A stretch of DNA of 64,000 nucleotides from assembly GCF_009914755.1 (NCBI RefSeq), contig NC_060932.1; one strand, given 5' to 3'. The notes under the pieces were generated by a model. The model saw nothing but the letters and a program-made list of their open reading frames with translations. It was not told the DNA's origin and did no database searches. Each line of letters begins with the position of its first letter. Within the stretch, counting starts at the first letter, position 1. Below are positions 45,519 to 59,684 of this stretch, one piece after another. This DNA comes from the human T2T-CHM13v2.0 reference genome, Homo sapiens. The position numbers and the translations under genes are program-made.

Positions 45519-46064
45519 AAAAATAGATACTAGATCAAATAAAATGTAACTATTTTATCTCCATAGATGATTCCCTTAAAATTTCTGTTTAGTATCGAGC
45601 CACAAGCAAAGCAAACACAGCGATAATTATTTGGAAATTGCTGTAATTATTGCAGGCCACTAGGATTCCACTTTGCATATTAAAATGGCTATTTTAATAC
45701 ACAAAATGGCATGAAATACTATACAGCCATAAAATAGAATGAGATCATATCCTTTGCAGTGTGTCCTTTGTTTTTTGCACAAAGTGTATTAGGCCACTAG
45801 GATTCCACTTTGTGTGTTGAAATAGTCATTACCATATTGTATCCTGGTAATAAAAAAGAGCCATTGAACCCTTAGAGAGAGTTTCACTTCTAATCGGAGC
45901 ATAACTTGGTGCTGGAAAGAATCGCCTCAGTGTTGTTTAAAGTTAGGTTTTTATGAGCCTTCGTTCCATAATCTTTCTCACAATAAATGAAAATTGGATA
46001 ACGTTCTTCAATAGTCACAAAAATGTATTTCTTCAACTTTTTAATAATATTGATCATTATAAAT

Positions 46065-46230
46065 ATTAATAAGCACTTATTCTGTGCTGTGCACTGTTCT
46101 ACATATTTTATCTGCATTAACTCATTTAATCTTGGCAGTCTTATGAAGTAGAAGCTAATGCTTTCCTCAAATTATAAATGAGAAAACTAAGCATAGACAA
46201 GTGATTTCTCCAAGACCACACAGTTTCTAA
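46065..46230 (-). mobile_element. MIR
   Basis: ATTAACTCATTTAATCTT and ATAAATGAGAAAACTAAG core motifs. Confidence 0.7.
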
Positions 46231-46390
46231 TAGACCCGGTGGTAATTTTATCCATCTTTTTAAAATGGAAACCTTTTGACATTTGTGCAACCCCAACCTT
46301 CTAATGTTCAATGCTTTTGTTTATTCACTTGTTTTTAAAAAAAAGTCAGTGATTCTTGAACATCTTCATGCATATTATGTCTTTTCCTAA

Positions 46391-46531
<141 letters not shown>

Positions 46532-46588
46532 TAAATATCTCCCTTTTTAATTTTCTGCTGTTGTTCTGCAGAAAAATTAATCTAAGTA

Positions 46589-46890
46589 GTTTTAATCTAA
46601 GTAGGGAGCTAGTCTGTCATGAGACAGTCTCTTCTTTATTCATTTATTTATTTTTATCATACTTTAAGTTCTGGGGTACATGCACAGAACATGCAGTTTT
46701 GTTACATAGGTATACATGTGCCATGGTGGTTTGCTGCACCCATCAACCCATCACCTACATTAGGTCAGTTTGATTTTGAGGATGGTGTTTACTTATTTAT
46801 TCAAATTTACTTGGCACTGAATCCATGCAAAGGATTGCAGTTAGTGCTATTGGCTGTATAATATCATAAAGTGTTCATGTCAGAGACATA
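46589..46890 (+). repeat. local direct duplication, copy 1 (contains a ~130 bp antisense L1PA 3' tip)
   Basis: Near-identical to 47967-48265. Confidence 0.97.
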
Positions 46891-46945
46891 TGAGTAATTA
46901 TAAATATTAGTAGTCTCTAATTCCATTACCACCAAAATGAAATAA

Positions 46946-47263
<318 letters not shown>

Positions 47264-47966
47264 TAGATCACACTTTATTTGATGGTTTTTGTTTACATTT
47301 TGGCTTCACAAAATTAAAACTGGAAACATTCAAAGACTCAGGTGTATTTGGAATAAGATTTTGGACGTTTTCTGGTTTTAATTCTTGTATTTTCAGTGAC
47401 TATTTAGTCATACCACATGAAGGCAATCCCACGTTTATATCATTGTGGCCCAAAATCTTATCATAGTTGCATTTATATTAACATACTTACATTTTAGGAA
47501 AAATGTGCATTCATTTTATTCACTAGAGAAATTAGTAGGAGCTGACTCAACTAGCTCAACAAAACTGGTTTTCTCACTGCCTTTGATAGACATTCCACTA
47601 TTCAGTGGTTCCAATCCTTACAACCCAAGTGTTGTGAGCTAGATGCTGCTTGGAGTTGCAACTGCTTTCTAACTACTGGTGAAATTATGGTCCAGGAGCT
47701 CACACAATGTGCTATTCCAGAAAATGTAAGGGGAAATATTTGATGGGTTCTTTTCAGGTGGTTTATCTTAGGCAACTGTGGTCTGTCTGAGGCAGCCAAG
47801 ATGACAGGCATAAAAATTCCTGTAGATACATCAGACTTAGACTCAAAAGTGCGAGTGGGAATCCCTGAGTCAAGTCCCTCTTCATAATCATATGCTTTCG
47901 CCTCTCCATTGCCACAAGGAAATAGAATCAAGTAAATGGAAATAATAGAAGAGAATTTTAGTCCTT

Positions 47967-48265
47967 GTTTTAACCTAAGTAGGGAGCTAGTCTGTCATGA
48001 GACAGCCTCTTCTTCTATTTATTTATTTTTATCATACTTTAAGTTCTGGGGTACATGCACAGAACATGCAGTTTTGTTACATAGGTATACATGTGCCATG
48101 GTGGTTTGCTGCACGCATCAACCCGTCACCTACATTAGGTCGGTTTGATTTTGAGGATGGTGTTTACTTATTTATTCAAATTTACTTGGCACTGAATCCA
48201 TGCAAAGGATTGCAGTCAGTGCTGTTGGCTGTGTAATATCATAAAGTGTTCATGTCAGAGACATA
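47967..48265 (+). repeat. local direct duplication, copy 2
   Basis: Near-identical to 46589-46890; also visible as twin ORFs in the track. Confidence 0.97.
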
Positions 48266-48857
48266 AAGGATGAAGAGCAAGCAAAAAAAATTTCAAAAAT
48301 ATTAACAAAAATAACATAATGATAAAAGTACACACACATACAACCCACACAACTCAAGAACAAGAAAACATAAATGGTCTAGGAAAGTTACAGCTAAAGA
48401 GTAGGATTCAGAGGGAGAATAGATTTTGAGATGGTTAGATATGGGAACTCTTCATGGAGGAAGTTATGTTTGAATTGGGTTTTCATGGATCAGGTTATAG
48501 AGGCAGAAAAGAAAGAAAGGTCATTGAAGGCAGCAGCCTCTCCATCTGGGAAACTCCATTTTGCCTTGAGATGGCCACATTCTAGTTTTCAGGCCCTATG
48601 CAGCATGAATGTGCTTATGAAAAATGGCAAGAGTATTTCTCTTAAAAGAACATTAATTTTTTGTGGTTGGCAAAATATGCAGAATTTTTCACTTTAATTT
48701 TCATTGCTGTGTACTTTGCTCTCTATTGCAAGCTTATTAAAAGCTTAATTGAAAATATCATCTGTATCTGAATGGATCAAAGCTTTGAAAGTTTTTTTGC
48801 TAGCAAAGAAATAATATCTTCCTTCTGATAAGCTTATGTTCATATGGTCTGTTCCTA

Positions 48858-49687
<830 letters not shown>

Positions 49688-51254
49688 TTACCCTGGTACA
49701 AGATCATAGTTATCAGAGGTCTGGATACACTGGAACCAAGGGGGTCCTTCAGACTTTGAAACTATAAGCACCTACTCTTAACTCCACATTAATTTACTGA
49801 AAGGTAATTCAGTTAAATCTGCCATTTAACCCTAGAGACCATGACTAAGTTGTCCAAATTATTCTCTCAGATGTTTCACGAGCAATTTTAGAATTAGACT
49901 GGTATTGTATAAGAGAAATAGTTTGATGTTCCACAGCTATTACTTACTATATGCATTGATTAGTGTGTTAGAATTACAAGGGACATTGACATTTTAAAAT
50001 ACTTTAACTTTCTTGATTTCTACAATTCAAAATAAATATAGCTTTAGTTAATTCACTTCACGAGACATTTACCAAGCTGTAGACACCAATGCCCCATAAC
50101 GGGCTGAATTTAAGGTCAAAACTATTTGAAAATTGTATAGTTTTATTTTTCCATTATGCAGAATAAAATGGGGAATGTAAAATACTCTTTAATTTTTCAG
50201 TGAAGGCTATGCTTAGATTTTTCATGATGATAAGATATGTGTTAATTTATATTAGGATCCAAAACCCCACAGAAGGCTGTTCCTAAAATAGTCCTTTAGT
50301 AATTCTAATTTAGACAGCTAGAGAGGAACCCAAGCCAGATCCACACCTGCAAGCAACATTAAACACGGAGGTTTACCCTCAGGTTCTGACAGAGGGGAGA
50401 AATTCACAGCATGAATCAGAATAAATATTACACAAGCCATTTTTATCATTTACTTTTAAAATCAAGATGAAAAAAGTCAACAATGTGGTATCTACATTAG
50501 ATAGTCAATTTCCTGCCTTTTCTGATTTCACTGGACAGAAATAGGATCTAAAATGTTTTTTAAAACTATTGAATTATATTGTATGTGTTTGATATTAAAG
50601 GGAAGAATGTGGCTTTTTGGAACGAAAAGGCAGATTTAATTAACATTAATGTCTAGATGTTTTAATGCCAATCTGAATCAGATGGCAGAGCTACATACAA
50701 CAGTGAATATGAGATTAGTAGGAATAGAATTCAGGATGAATTATTAAAATCTTCCCAAAGCATTTAGCCTGGTTTTGTTTTTAGTAAATTATCTTTTCTG
50801 GAGTACTCTTTTGTGTGAATGACAAGTCTCCTGAGGGACTTCCTTGTCTGTACTCTGTTCAACTTCGCTTAAGTTTAATGTCATCATTGCTATTAAATAG
50901 TGGCAGAGGAGTAGGCTGGACTCTTTTGAGTTGATCAGATTTTTGCCTTTTAATTAATATAATATAATTTAATTTTTGCTTTTTAATCGTATAAATACGA
51001 TTAAAAGGTAGTTAAATATATAGAAAAACATTCTATTCTGACATCCTTTTTCATTTTCATTTTGCATTATCTCTAGTAACTTCTATCAACAACACACATC
51101 TGAACATAGCTTTATATATTATATATATGAATTATATATTTTTTTATATATTTAATAAAATGGAGACACTATATATATGTACATATATATATATGTACAT
51201 ATATATAGTGTCTTCGTTTACTTGTGCTGCTTTAAGAAAATATGTGATACTGAG

Positions 51255-51648
51255 TGATAGGGTTTGGATCTATGTCCCCACCCAAATCTCATGTTGAAAT
51301 GTAAACCGCAATGTTGAAGGTGGGGCCTGGTGGGAGGTGATTGGATCGTGGGGGTGGATCCTCCATGAATGATTTAGCACCATCCCCAGTTTTCATGAGA
51401 TCTGCTTCTTTAAAGATGTATGGCACCTCCCCCCCCCAACTCTCTCTTCCTCCTGCTCCAGCCGTGTAAGAGGCGCCTGCTTCCCCTTCACCTTCCACCA
51501 TGATTGTAAGTTTCCTGAGGCCTCCCCAGAGGCAGAAACCACGTTTCCCATGCAGCCTACAGAACCATGTGCCAATTAAAGCTCTTTTCTTTATAAATTA
51601 CCTAGTCTCAGGTATTTCTTTATAGCAGTGCAAGAACGGACTAACACA
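51255..51648 (+). mobile_element. MSTA-like solo LTR
   Basis: TGATAGGGTTTGGATCTATGTCCCCACCCAAATCTCATGTTG ... GACTAACACA; TSD CTGAG. Confidence 0.9.
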
Positions 51649-51892
51649 CTGAGTAATTTATAAAGAGCAGAAATGTATTTTCTCATAGTTCTGGAGATAG
51701 GGAAGTTCAAGATCAAAGTACTGGCAGATTCGGTGTCTGGTGAGAGTCCTGGTTTCTGCTTCCAAGATAGTACCTTGAACCCTATATTCTCACATTACAG
51801 AAGAGCAAAAGGGAGGGAAGAGCTCCCCAAACCTATTTTATAAGGGTGTTAATCCATTCACAAGACCCCCACTCTCATGACTAAATCACCTC

Positions 51893-52271
51893 TGATACGG
51901 TTTGGCTCTGAGTCCCCACCCAAATCTCACCTCAAATTATAATCCCCATAAACCCCACATGTCAAGGGCAGGACCAGGTGGAGGTAATTGGATCATGGGG
52001 GCAGTTTCCCCCATGCTGTTCTCATGATAGTGAGTGAGTTCTCATGAGATCTGATGCTTTTATAAGTATCTGGCATTTCCCCTGCTTGCACTGACTTTGT
52101 TCTGCTTCCCTATGCAAAAGGTGCCTGCTTCTCTTTTGCCTCCTGCCATGATTGTAAGTTTTCTAAGCCCTCCCCAGCAATGTGGAACTGTGAGTCAATT
52201 AAACCTCTGTCTTTTATAAATCACCCAGTCTCAGGTATTTCCTCATAGCAGTGTGAGAAGGGACTAATACA
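51893..52271 (+). mobile_element. THE1D-like solo LTR
   Basis: TGATACGGTTTGGCTCTGAGTCCCCACCCAAATCTCACC ... GACTAATACA; TSD ACCTC. Confidence 0.9.
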
Positions 52272-52395
52272 ACCTCCTAAAGGCCCCATCTCTTAATATT
52301 ACCACATTGGTGGTCAAGTTTCAATGTATGTATTTGGAAGGACACATTTGGACCAGAGCATATAGTTTAATAATCTGCCTTATACTTGTGGCAGA

Positions 52396-52531
52396 TTATA
52401 TATATACAATATATATATAATCTATGCTATATATACATAATATATATGCTATATATATATGCTATATTATATATATGCTATATATATGCTATATTATATA
52501 TATGCTATATATATGCTACATATATACATAT
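52396..52531. repeat. TA-rich microsatellite with (TATATATGC)-like units
   Basis: Directly visible. Confidence 0.9.
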
Positions 52532-55500
52532 AAAATGAGCACATAGACTTTCTTATTCTCTTTTTTTTGCTGCATAATATGTCAACCAGTTTTATACCAC
52601 AGTTAACTGAACTATTAGTTTGGTGATTTATCTTCTTTCTCAATTGTATATAAGAAACTACAGAGCGGCATCTTTCTATATGTTACTGTTCAAATTTCAG
52701 TTTTATTTTCCATTAATCTAAAAGAAAAAAGCCAAACGCTTAGATAAAATCACTGTGTCAAAGAGTTTAAACCTTCTTGGTTAATATATTGTTCAAGTTC
52801 CCAAAAGAGTTGTCCTTATGTACAGTACACCAGTGGAATAGATAGTTGTGAGGCACTTTCACCCTTGCCATGTCTGCAGAAGGTATTAGAATCCATTTAT
52901 ATATTGTACTTCTTTACTAGGTTTACAATTATATTTCCTTTGTTCTTTAATTTGTCCTTTTTTGATGAACAAATAAAAGTATTTAATATCTTTTGAATTT
53001 GTTTCTCTACTAAGACTTGTGCTATTTATATTTATATACCTGCTTTGTAGGCAGAGTTACTTTTTGCCAAATTGAATCTTTTTAAGATATTGAGTCAGCA
53101 CTGTGGCTTTTCAAATTTGCTTTTGTACCCATGCCAGTTATTGTGGCAGGCAATCAAAAAGCTTGCTACCGGGATTTCTAAATTTCTTTTATTTCTTATT
53201 GCAGCATCCTTCCATTCAATGTGGTGTTTTAATTTGTTTTGGTTCTTTATTCCCACCTTGCTTAATAGCTGACTGTTTTTCTTTAACCAATATAAATCAG
53301 TATACAGCAAACGTTATAAAGCCCGAAGCATGAGTCTGACTGAGTCCAAAAACAAAAATGCCATTTTCCTCCCTCCACATTAATTTCGGCCTCCTTAGCC
53401 AGTAGGAACAAGTGAGTAGAAATTTGCAGAGTCTACCTGAAAGAATAAAGGATATGTGTAAGAAATTTCTAGTGAAGGTGAGAAATCTGGAATCACAGTT
53501 TTCCCCTGTAATGACTTGTTCCAGAGAGTTTTTGTCTTCATATTCTCTTCACTCTATATTTTTAAATAATAGGTTATCAGTGGTGTCAGAGTCTTGGTCT
53601 GGCCATGTGGGAAGGTGGGTGACTTGAGTGCAGGCCTCATGCTCTGAATAGTGTGTGATGTCTTCAAATCAAAACACTGGAGATCTGTATATATGAGTTA
53701 CCTTTTATGTTCGTGCTTTGTTACGAGGGTGAATCTATTCCAGGAAACAGGGTCCTGGATTTTTAACTAGCATACCCTGTGGTCCATCATCTGGTGGGGG
53801 TTGTTAGTGGCACCATCAAGAAGGCCTTGCTGCATTGGCATGGGGGGGTTCACCAGCACCCAGTTCCAGGTGGCATCATAAATATCCTGTGTGCAGAGCC
53901 CCACACAGGTGTGAGAGAAAGTCTGGCAAGACCAGCCCATTACCATTGGTAAAACACATAATAGTGATGACCATCAAGCTAGCTACTGTCCATGTAATCC
54001 AGTGTCAGCTACTTGAATATGTAGTAGAAGTTAGCTTTAACATATGTAAAGTTTTTTCCCCAAAATGCACTTATTAGTTGATGATTTGGAAATTCACATT
54101 TAACAATGCTGGGTATATTTTCACATTTAACAATGCTGCAGACTGGGGTTGAATTACCAAGGCTCTACCGAGCCTTCTCCCACTAACAGAAACTAATGTA
54201 AACTGTCTTCTAACTAGAACACAGGACCTAAAATATGATTATAAGCCTTTGTTAAAAAAGTGAAATTTATAAGGGAAAATATAAAAACAACTAACAAGAA
54301 ATTTGTATTACCAATATGGTTAATGGAACAGTTTTTATTTCAAATGAAGATGAACAGTATAATGACTCTCACTTCATATAAGCAATGTAAAAAATCTTAT
54401 TCAGGTAACTACCAATTAACAATTTAAAAACCCACTTTTGTTGGAACTTTTAAAGGACTCTTTCTTTGTAATACTTTACTCTGTCATTACCCTGACATCA
54501 AAGGACAAATTGACAAATAGGCCCAGATTAGGTAATGCAGAATCTTTTTAAAGTAGAGCATTCAAGGTAACCTGTCTTAGGTAATCAAAGAGTTCCCATA
54601 GGGCAGACGATGAAGCTGCATCTTTTCTCTACTGCACAATGAAGACGTATTAAGTAAAAGGAATAGGTTTACTCTGGGGATTTCTATATGTAGGTTAGAT
54701 TCTATGTATGGGACAGAAAAAATAACTTCAATAAGCCAATAAAGCTTTCAAATGTATTTATTTACTTTTTGTGCAAAAAAGTTTTGAAAGACCCAGTAAC
54801 AAGATTAGAGGAGACACCTGAATTTTATATCACTAGAGAGATGGCTAAATAGATCAGAAGAAATATTTTTTCTAGCTTATGACCCAAGGATATTATATAG
54901 TCCCCAAAAGAAGTTATAAAATATATGCTTTAATTTCCCTTTGGAATGGAAAAAAGAAAATACTACAATAACAGGGGCCTGGCAGAAAGACAAAATATAT
55001 CCTACTCATGATAAATTGGTACCACTATCTTTTCATAAAGATAAATCTTAATTACTCTCAGATGTTCCCTTCATTATAAATAAGTACAGAATTTGAAATT
55101 TTACTGAATTGTAAAATAGGCAAATAAACATTAAAATTTATTCTAATTTAGTCAACTAGATAAATAATACAGGTAAATTGTTAAAATTATAGGAAGAAAT
55201 CAAATATTGTAAATATGAAAAGGTTTCATTGTATTACTTTTTTCCATTATCTGTAATAAAAGTTCTTTATCCTTAAAAAGGTGGTCATATTTGCATGTGA
55301 TATCATTGTCTCTTTTTTTTTTGCTTGATTAATATGTACCCTAATAAATTAGTATCTTGAATCATTTTATTTTAAAATGTACATAATTTTCTTAAAATTA
55401 GATGTATGGTGAGCAAGGATTAATAAATCAGTATATGAAAGGGTGACATCTTACTGCAGTGTTTTCTAGTTCTGACATCTAGGAATCAGGTGATATTGGC

Positions 55501-56021
55501 CAAACAGGCCTTGCTTTTGGTGCATATAAAAGGAGAGGATGTGACTGCCTTTCATTATTAGAATAGGAAAAACCTAGGTCCTAATATGTCAAACATATGA
55601 ATACATAAATATTAGTTATATTTCATCTGTATCTGCCAAACCTAATTTTACTATTTGAGCATATTAATAAAATGTATTTACATTACTACATTTTATTTGC
55701 ATAGATATAGGGATAAATACAGTATCTACTTTAAAAACGATTAAACAGAGCATAGTTCTTTGTATTTGTTTCAAATAAACTGAAGTTATTGTCTTTTCTA
55801 AGTCTACCAAATTATATTATAAATAAAAATTCCAGTCATTTTCTGGAATATATTACTGAGATCTCTGTGGTTAGGGGTTTTTTAACTACTCTAATAAGTG
55901 ACGTAAGATAAATTTTCCATCTTCCAGAGGAGGGAAGAAATATGAGTATCTCACCGATGTAAATGATTCTCTTTTTTTTGCATGTTAAGAGAGCAGGAGA
56001 GCAGGTAGTATGGAGGGTGTT

Positions 56022-56470
56022 TGTATTAGGGTTCTCTAGAGGGACAGAACTAATAGGGTAGATGTATATATAAAGGGGAGTTTATTAAGGAGTATTGACT
56101 CACACGACTAGGTGAGGTCCCACAATAGGCCGTCTGCAAGCTGAGGAGCAAGGAAGCCAGTTCAAGTCCCAAAGCTGAAGAACTTGGAGTCCAATGTTTG
56201 AAGGTAGGAAGCATCCAGCATGAGAGAAAGATGTAGTCTGGGAGGCTAAGCCAGTCTAATCTCTCCACGTTCTTCTGCCTGCTTTTATTTATTCTGGCTG
56301 TGCTGGCAGCTGATTGGATGGGGCCCACCCATATTGAGGGTAGATCTGCCTTTCCCAGTCCACTGACTCAAATGTTAATCTCTTTTGGCAACACCCTCAC
56401 AAACACACCCAGGAATAATACTTTGCATCCTTCAGTCCAATCAAGTTGACATTCAGTATTAACCATCATA
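56022..56470 (-). mobile_element. MLT2A (ERVL) solo LTR
   Basis: TGTATTAGGGTTCTCTAGAGGGACAGAACTAATAGG ... CAATCAAGTTGACATTCAGTATTAACCATCA. Confidence 0.92.
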
Positions 56471-56604
56471 GGGCTGAAGGAAGGAAGCAGCATTCCTGCC
56501 TTTGTGATGTTGATCGTAAACTGGCACCAGGTCTTCTAACATATTCAGGAAGAGTATAGAGGGGTGAGATTTAAATACCCAGGAAGGGAGTAAGGTAACA
56601 CCTA

Positions 56605-56903
56605 TTTTTTTTTTTTTTTTTTTTTTTTGAGATGGAGTCTCGCTCTGTCACCCAGGCTGAAGTGCAGTGGCACGATCTCAGCTCACTGCAACCTCCACCT
56701 CCTGGGTTCAAGCAGTTCTCTTCCTCAGCCTCCCGAGTAGCTGGGATTACAGGCGCCCACCACCCTGCCTATTTTTTGTATTTTTCGTAGAGACAGGGTT
56801 TCACCATCGTGGCCAGACGGGTCTTGAACTCCTGAACTCGTGATCCACCCACCTCGGCCTCCCAAAGTGCTGGGATTACAGGGGTGAGCCACTGCCCCCA
56901 GCC
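56605..56903 (-). mobile_element. Alu (S-type)
   Basis: Antisense Alu; imperfect TSD AGGTAACACCTA / AGGTAGCACATA. Confidence 0.93.
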
Positions 56904-57399
56904 AGGTAGCACATATTTTTAAAGCATAACCAGCCCTCACCAGGCAATGAAAGTGGAGAAGTAATTACATGGCTGGAGGACACAGGAAATCCTGTGCTCT
57001 TGCTGGGTGGTCAAGTGAGAGCGAAGCAGCGCTGAGAGGAAAGGGTAGCGACTGGACAGGATTGGAGAGTGGAAGGCTCTGGCTGCTGGGTGAAGGATTT
57101 GTGACTCTCTCCTGGAGGACTTAGGAAGCCAATGAAGGGTTTTCAGCTAAAGAATAACATGATTAGATATTTTTTAAAATATCAACAAAAATAAAGATTA
57201 CTATCATGGTCTGTAATGGGACAAGGACGGAGGCAGGGAGACAGCAGGATTTTACAGTATTACAGCAAGAGAAGATGAGACCTAGCACCGAAGCACTGGC
57301 ACAGAGGTTAGAAGGGAAAGGCTAGTTGTGAAAGGTATTAAATGGCAGTCAACAGGACTTGGTGATTGGTGAGAAATAAAGAATAGGGGAGAGGTAGAA

Positions 57400-57962
57400 T
57401 GTTCAGTCACAGTTCTGCCAAGGGACAGAACTGATAGGACAGAGAGAGACAGAGAGACGAAGAAGGGACTTACTAGGGGATTTGGTTCACTGCACTGTGG
57501 AGGCTGAGAAGTCCCAGGTAGGGTGTCTGCAAGCTGGAGAACCAGGGAAGCCAGTAGTGTGGCTCAGTGCAAGTCAGAAGGTCTGAGAACCAAGGAAGCC
57601 AATGCTGTGAAACTCCTGGTCCAACTACCGGTCACACTCCTTGGAGATAAAGCATAAAATTTACCCTTCCTCTTCCTTTTTGTTCCACGTGGGTCCCCAG
57701 CCAACAGCACAGTGCCCACTCACATTGAGGGTGAATCTTCCCCACTCAGTCCATGGACCCATATGCCAGTCTCCTTCAGAAACACCCTCACAGACACCCC
57801 TGGGACAGCTCAATCATTCTAATCAAATGCCACACTACATGGTTTTCCCTCTCAGCAGAACGGGCTCAGTGCCTACTGAAGCACTGAAAAGAATTAGTGC
57901 TTTACCAGCTGTCTGGGTATCTCTGAATCCAGCCAAATTGACACCCTGAGTCAACCATCACA
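57400..57962 (-). mobile_element. older MLT2-type ERVL solo LTR, within L2-like sequence
   Basis: GGGACAGAACTGATAGG, TCTGCAAGCTGGAGAACCAGGGAAGCC, AAACACCCTCACAGACAC; ends CAACCATCACA. Confidence 0.8.
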
Positions 57963-59230
57963 GAGGAGTATCGATGATTCTGACTCACCAGCTTGGAAAT
58001 AAATCAGGATGGAGGGCTGCTACAGGAAGAAAATATGCATTCATCTTTGAGGGGATTGTGGAGAGGGTGTTGAATTAATCTGTTACACTGTCCCATGTTG
58101 AATTTTAGATGTCCTTTGATGGGTTCACAGTTGACAAGGACAGCCATCAGGAGGCTATGGAAAAACAAATGTGGAGGTGATTAGTACAGAGAGAGAAAGG
58201 GGGATCATGGCAGAGAAGGCTTTACAGAGATATATTTGAGCTGGGTTTAAAACATTACTAAGAATTTTTAGGGAACACACTTTGGGTTTTAGGAGCAGGT
58301 ATTCCAGGAGCAGGCATGGAAATGTGAGAAAAGAATAATCAGCTGCCAACTATAGAAGTTGAGAAAAGAAGAAAGATCCCCAGGCAGCACATATAGAGTA
58401 TTAATATTCCCTGGTGCCTCACATCCCCGTCCTCTGTGCACCCTGATGAGGAGCCTCAGGGTAAAACAGAAGGATCCACTCAAAGGTGTCAAATGCACAA
58501 AGTTCTGTTCAGTGTCTCAGATAAACAGGCCAAAGAGAAAACAATGATGGTCCAGTGTCAAAGAACTAGAGATATGGATGAAAACCACATACTAGACATC
58601 TCTTTAAAGTATTTATGTCATCAGAGAACCTATGAGGAGTAAGGACAAAAGTCAAATTTGAGATCTAGAGAACGAATAAGAATGTTAAGGAACTTCGGGT
58701 AGCTGGGATAGGTACCCAACCTATTCAGTTAAATTCCCCCCGCCCCACCCACCAAAATAGAAATGAAATAAATTGGTGAGTTAAATCCAGGCTGAAGAAT
58801 CTAAAATGTGGAGAAGCAGATTCAAACCTGGTGGCTGCAGTATTTAAGGTCCTAACACACTGCTGTTTCATAGTCATATACATTCCTGGCATGGCAAATA
58901 CTTCTCCAAGTGCCTAAATGCTCATTACCCAACCCCAGAAGGTCCCTAATCACCTCTATGCTAACCTCCACAATGAAACTGTGTCAAAGAAAAACATACC
59001 TTACTGGGCTTGCATAGAAAGTAACGAGGGATGTGGAATGTTTTTGCTTGGCAGTTGATTTTTAAGCTTAGTTTAAAGATAAATGCTGAGAACTTTCAGA
59101 GAATGTACTGAAAGTGGTAACAGAAAGTCCCATTATCTTTAATGAGAATTTCATGGCTAATTCCCTGTGCAGCGCTGAAAATGCATCCCTTCAATTCGAT
59201 TGCTTTTTTGCCCTAAGATAGATGGAGTGA

Positions 59231-59684
<454 letters not shown>

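Larger units (their letters stand above)
51209..52340 (-). mobile_element. MST/MLT1A-type MaLR LTR hosting two younger LTRs
   Basis: Three collinear pieces (51209-51254, 51649-51892, 52272-52340); outer TSD TATAG. Confidence 0.85.
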
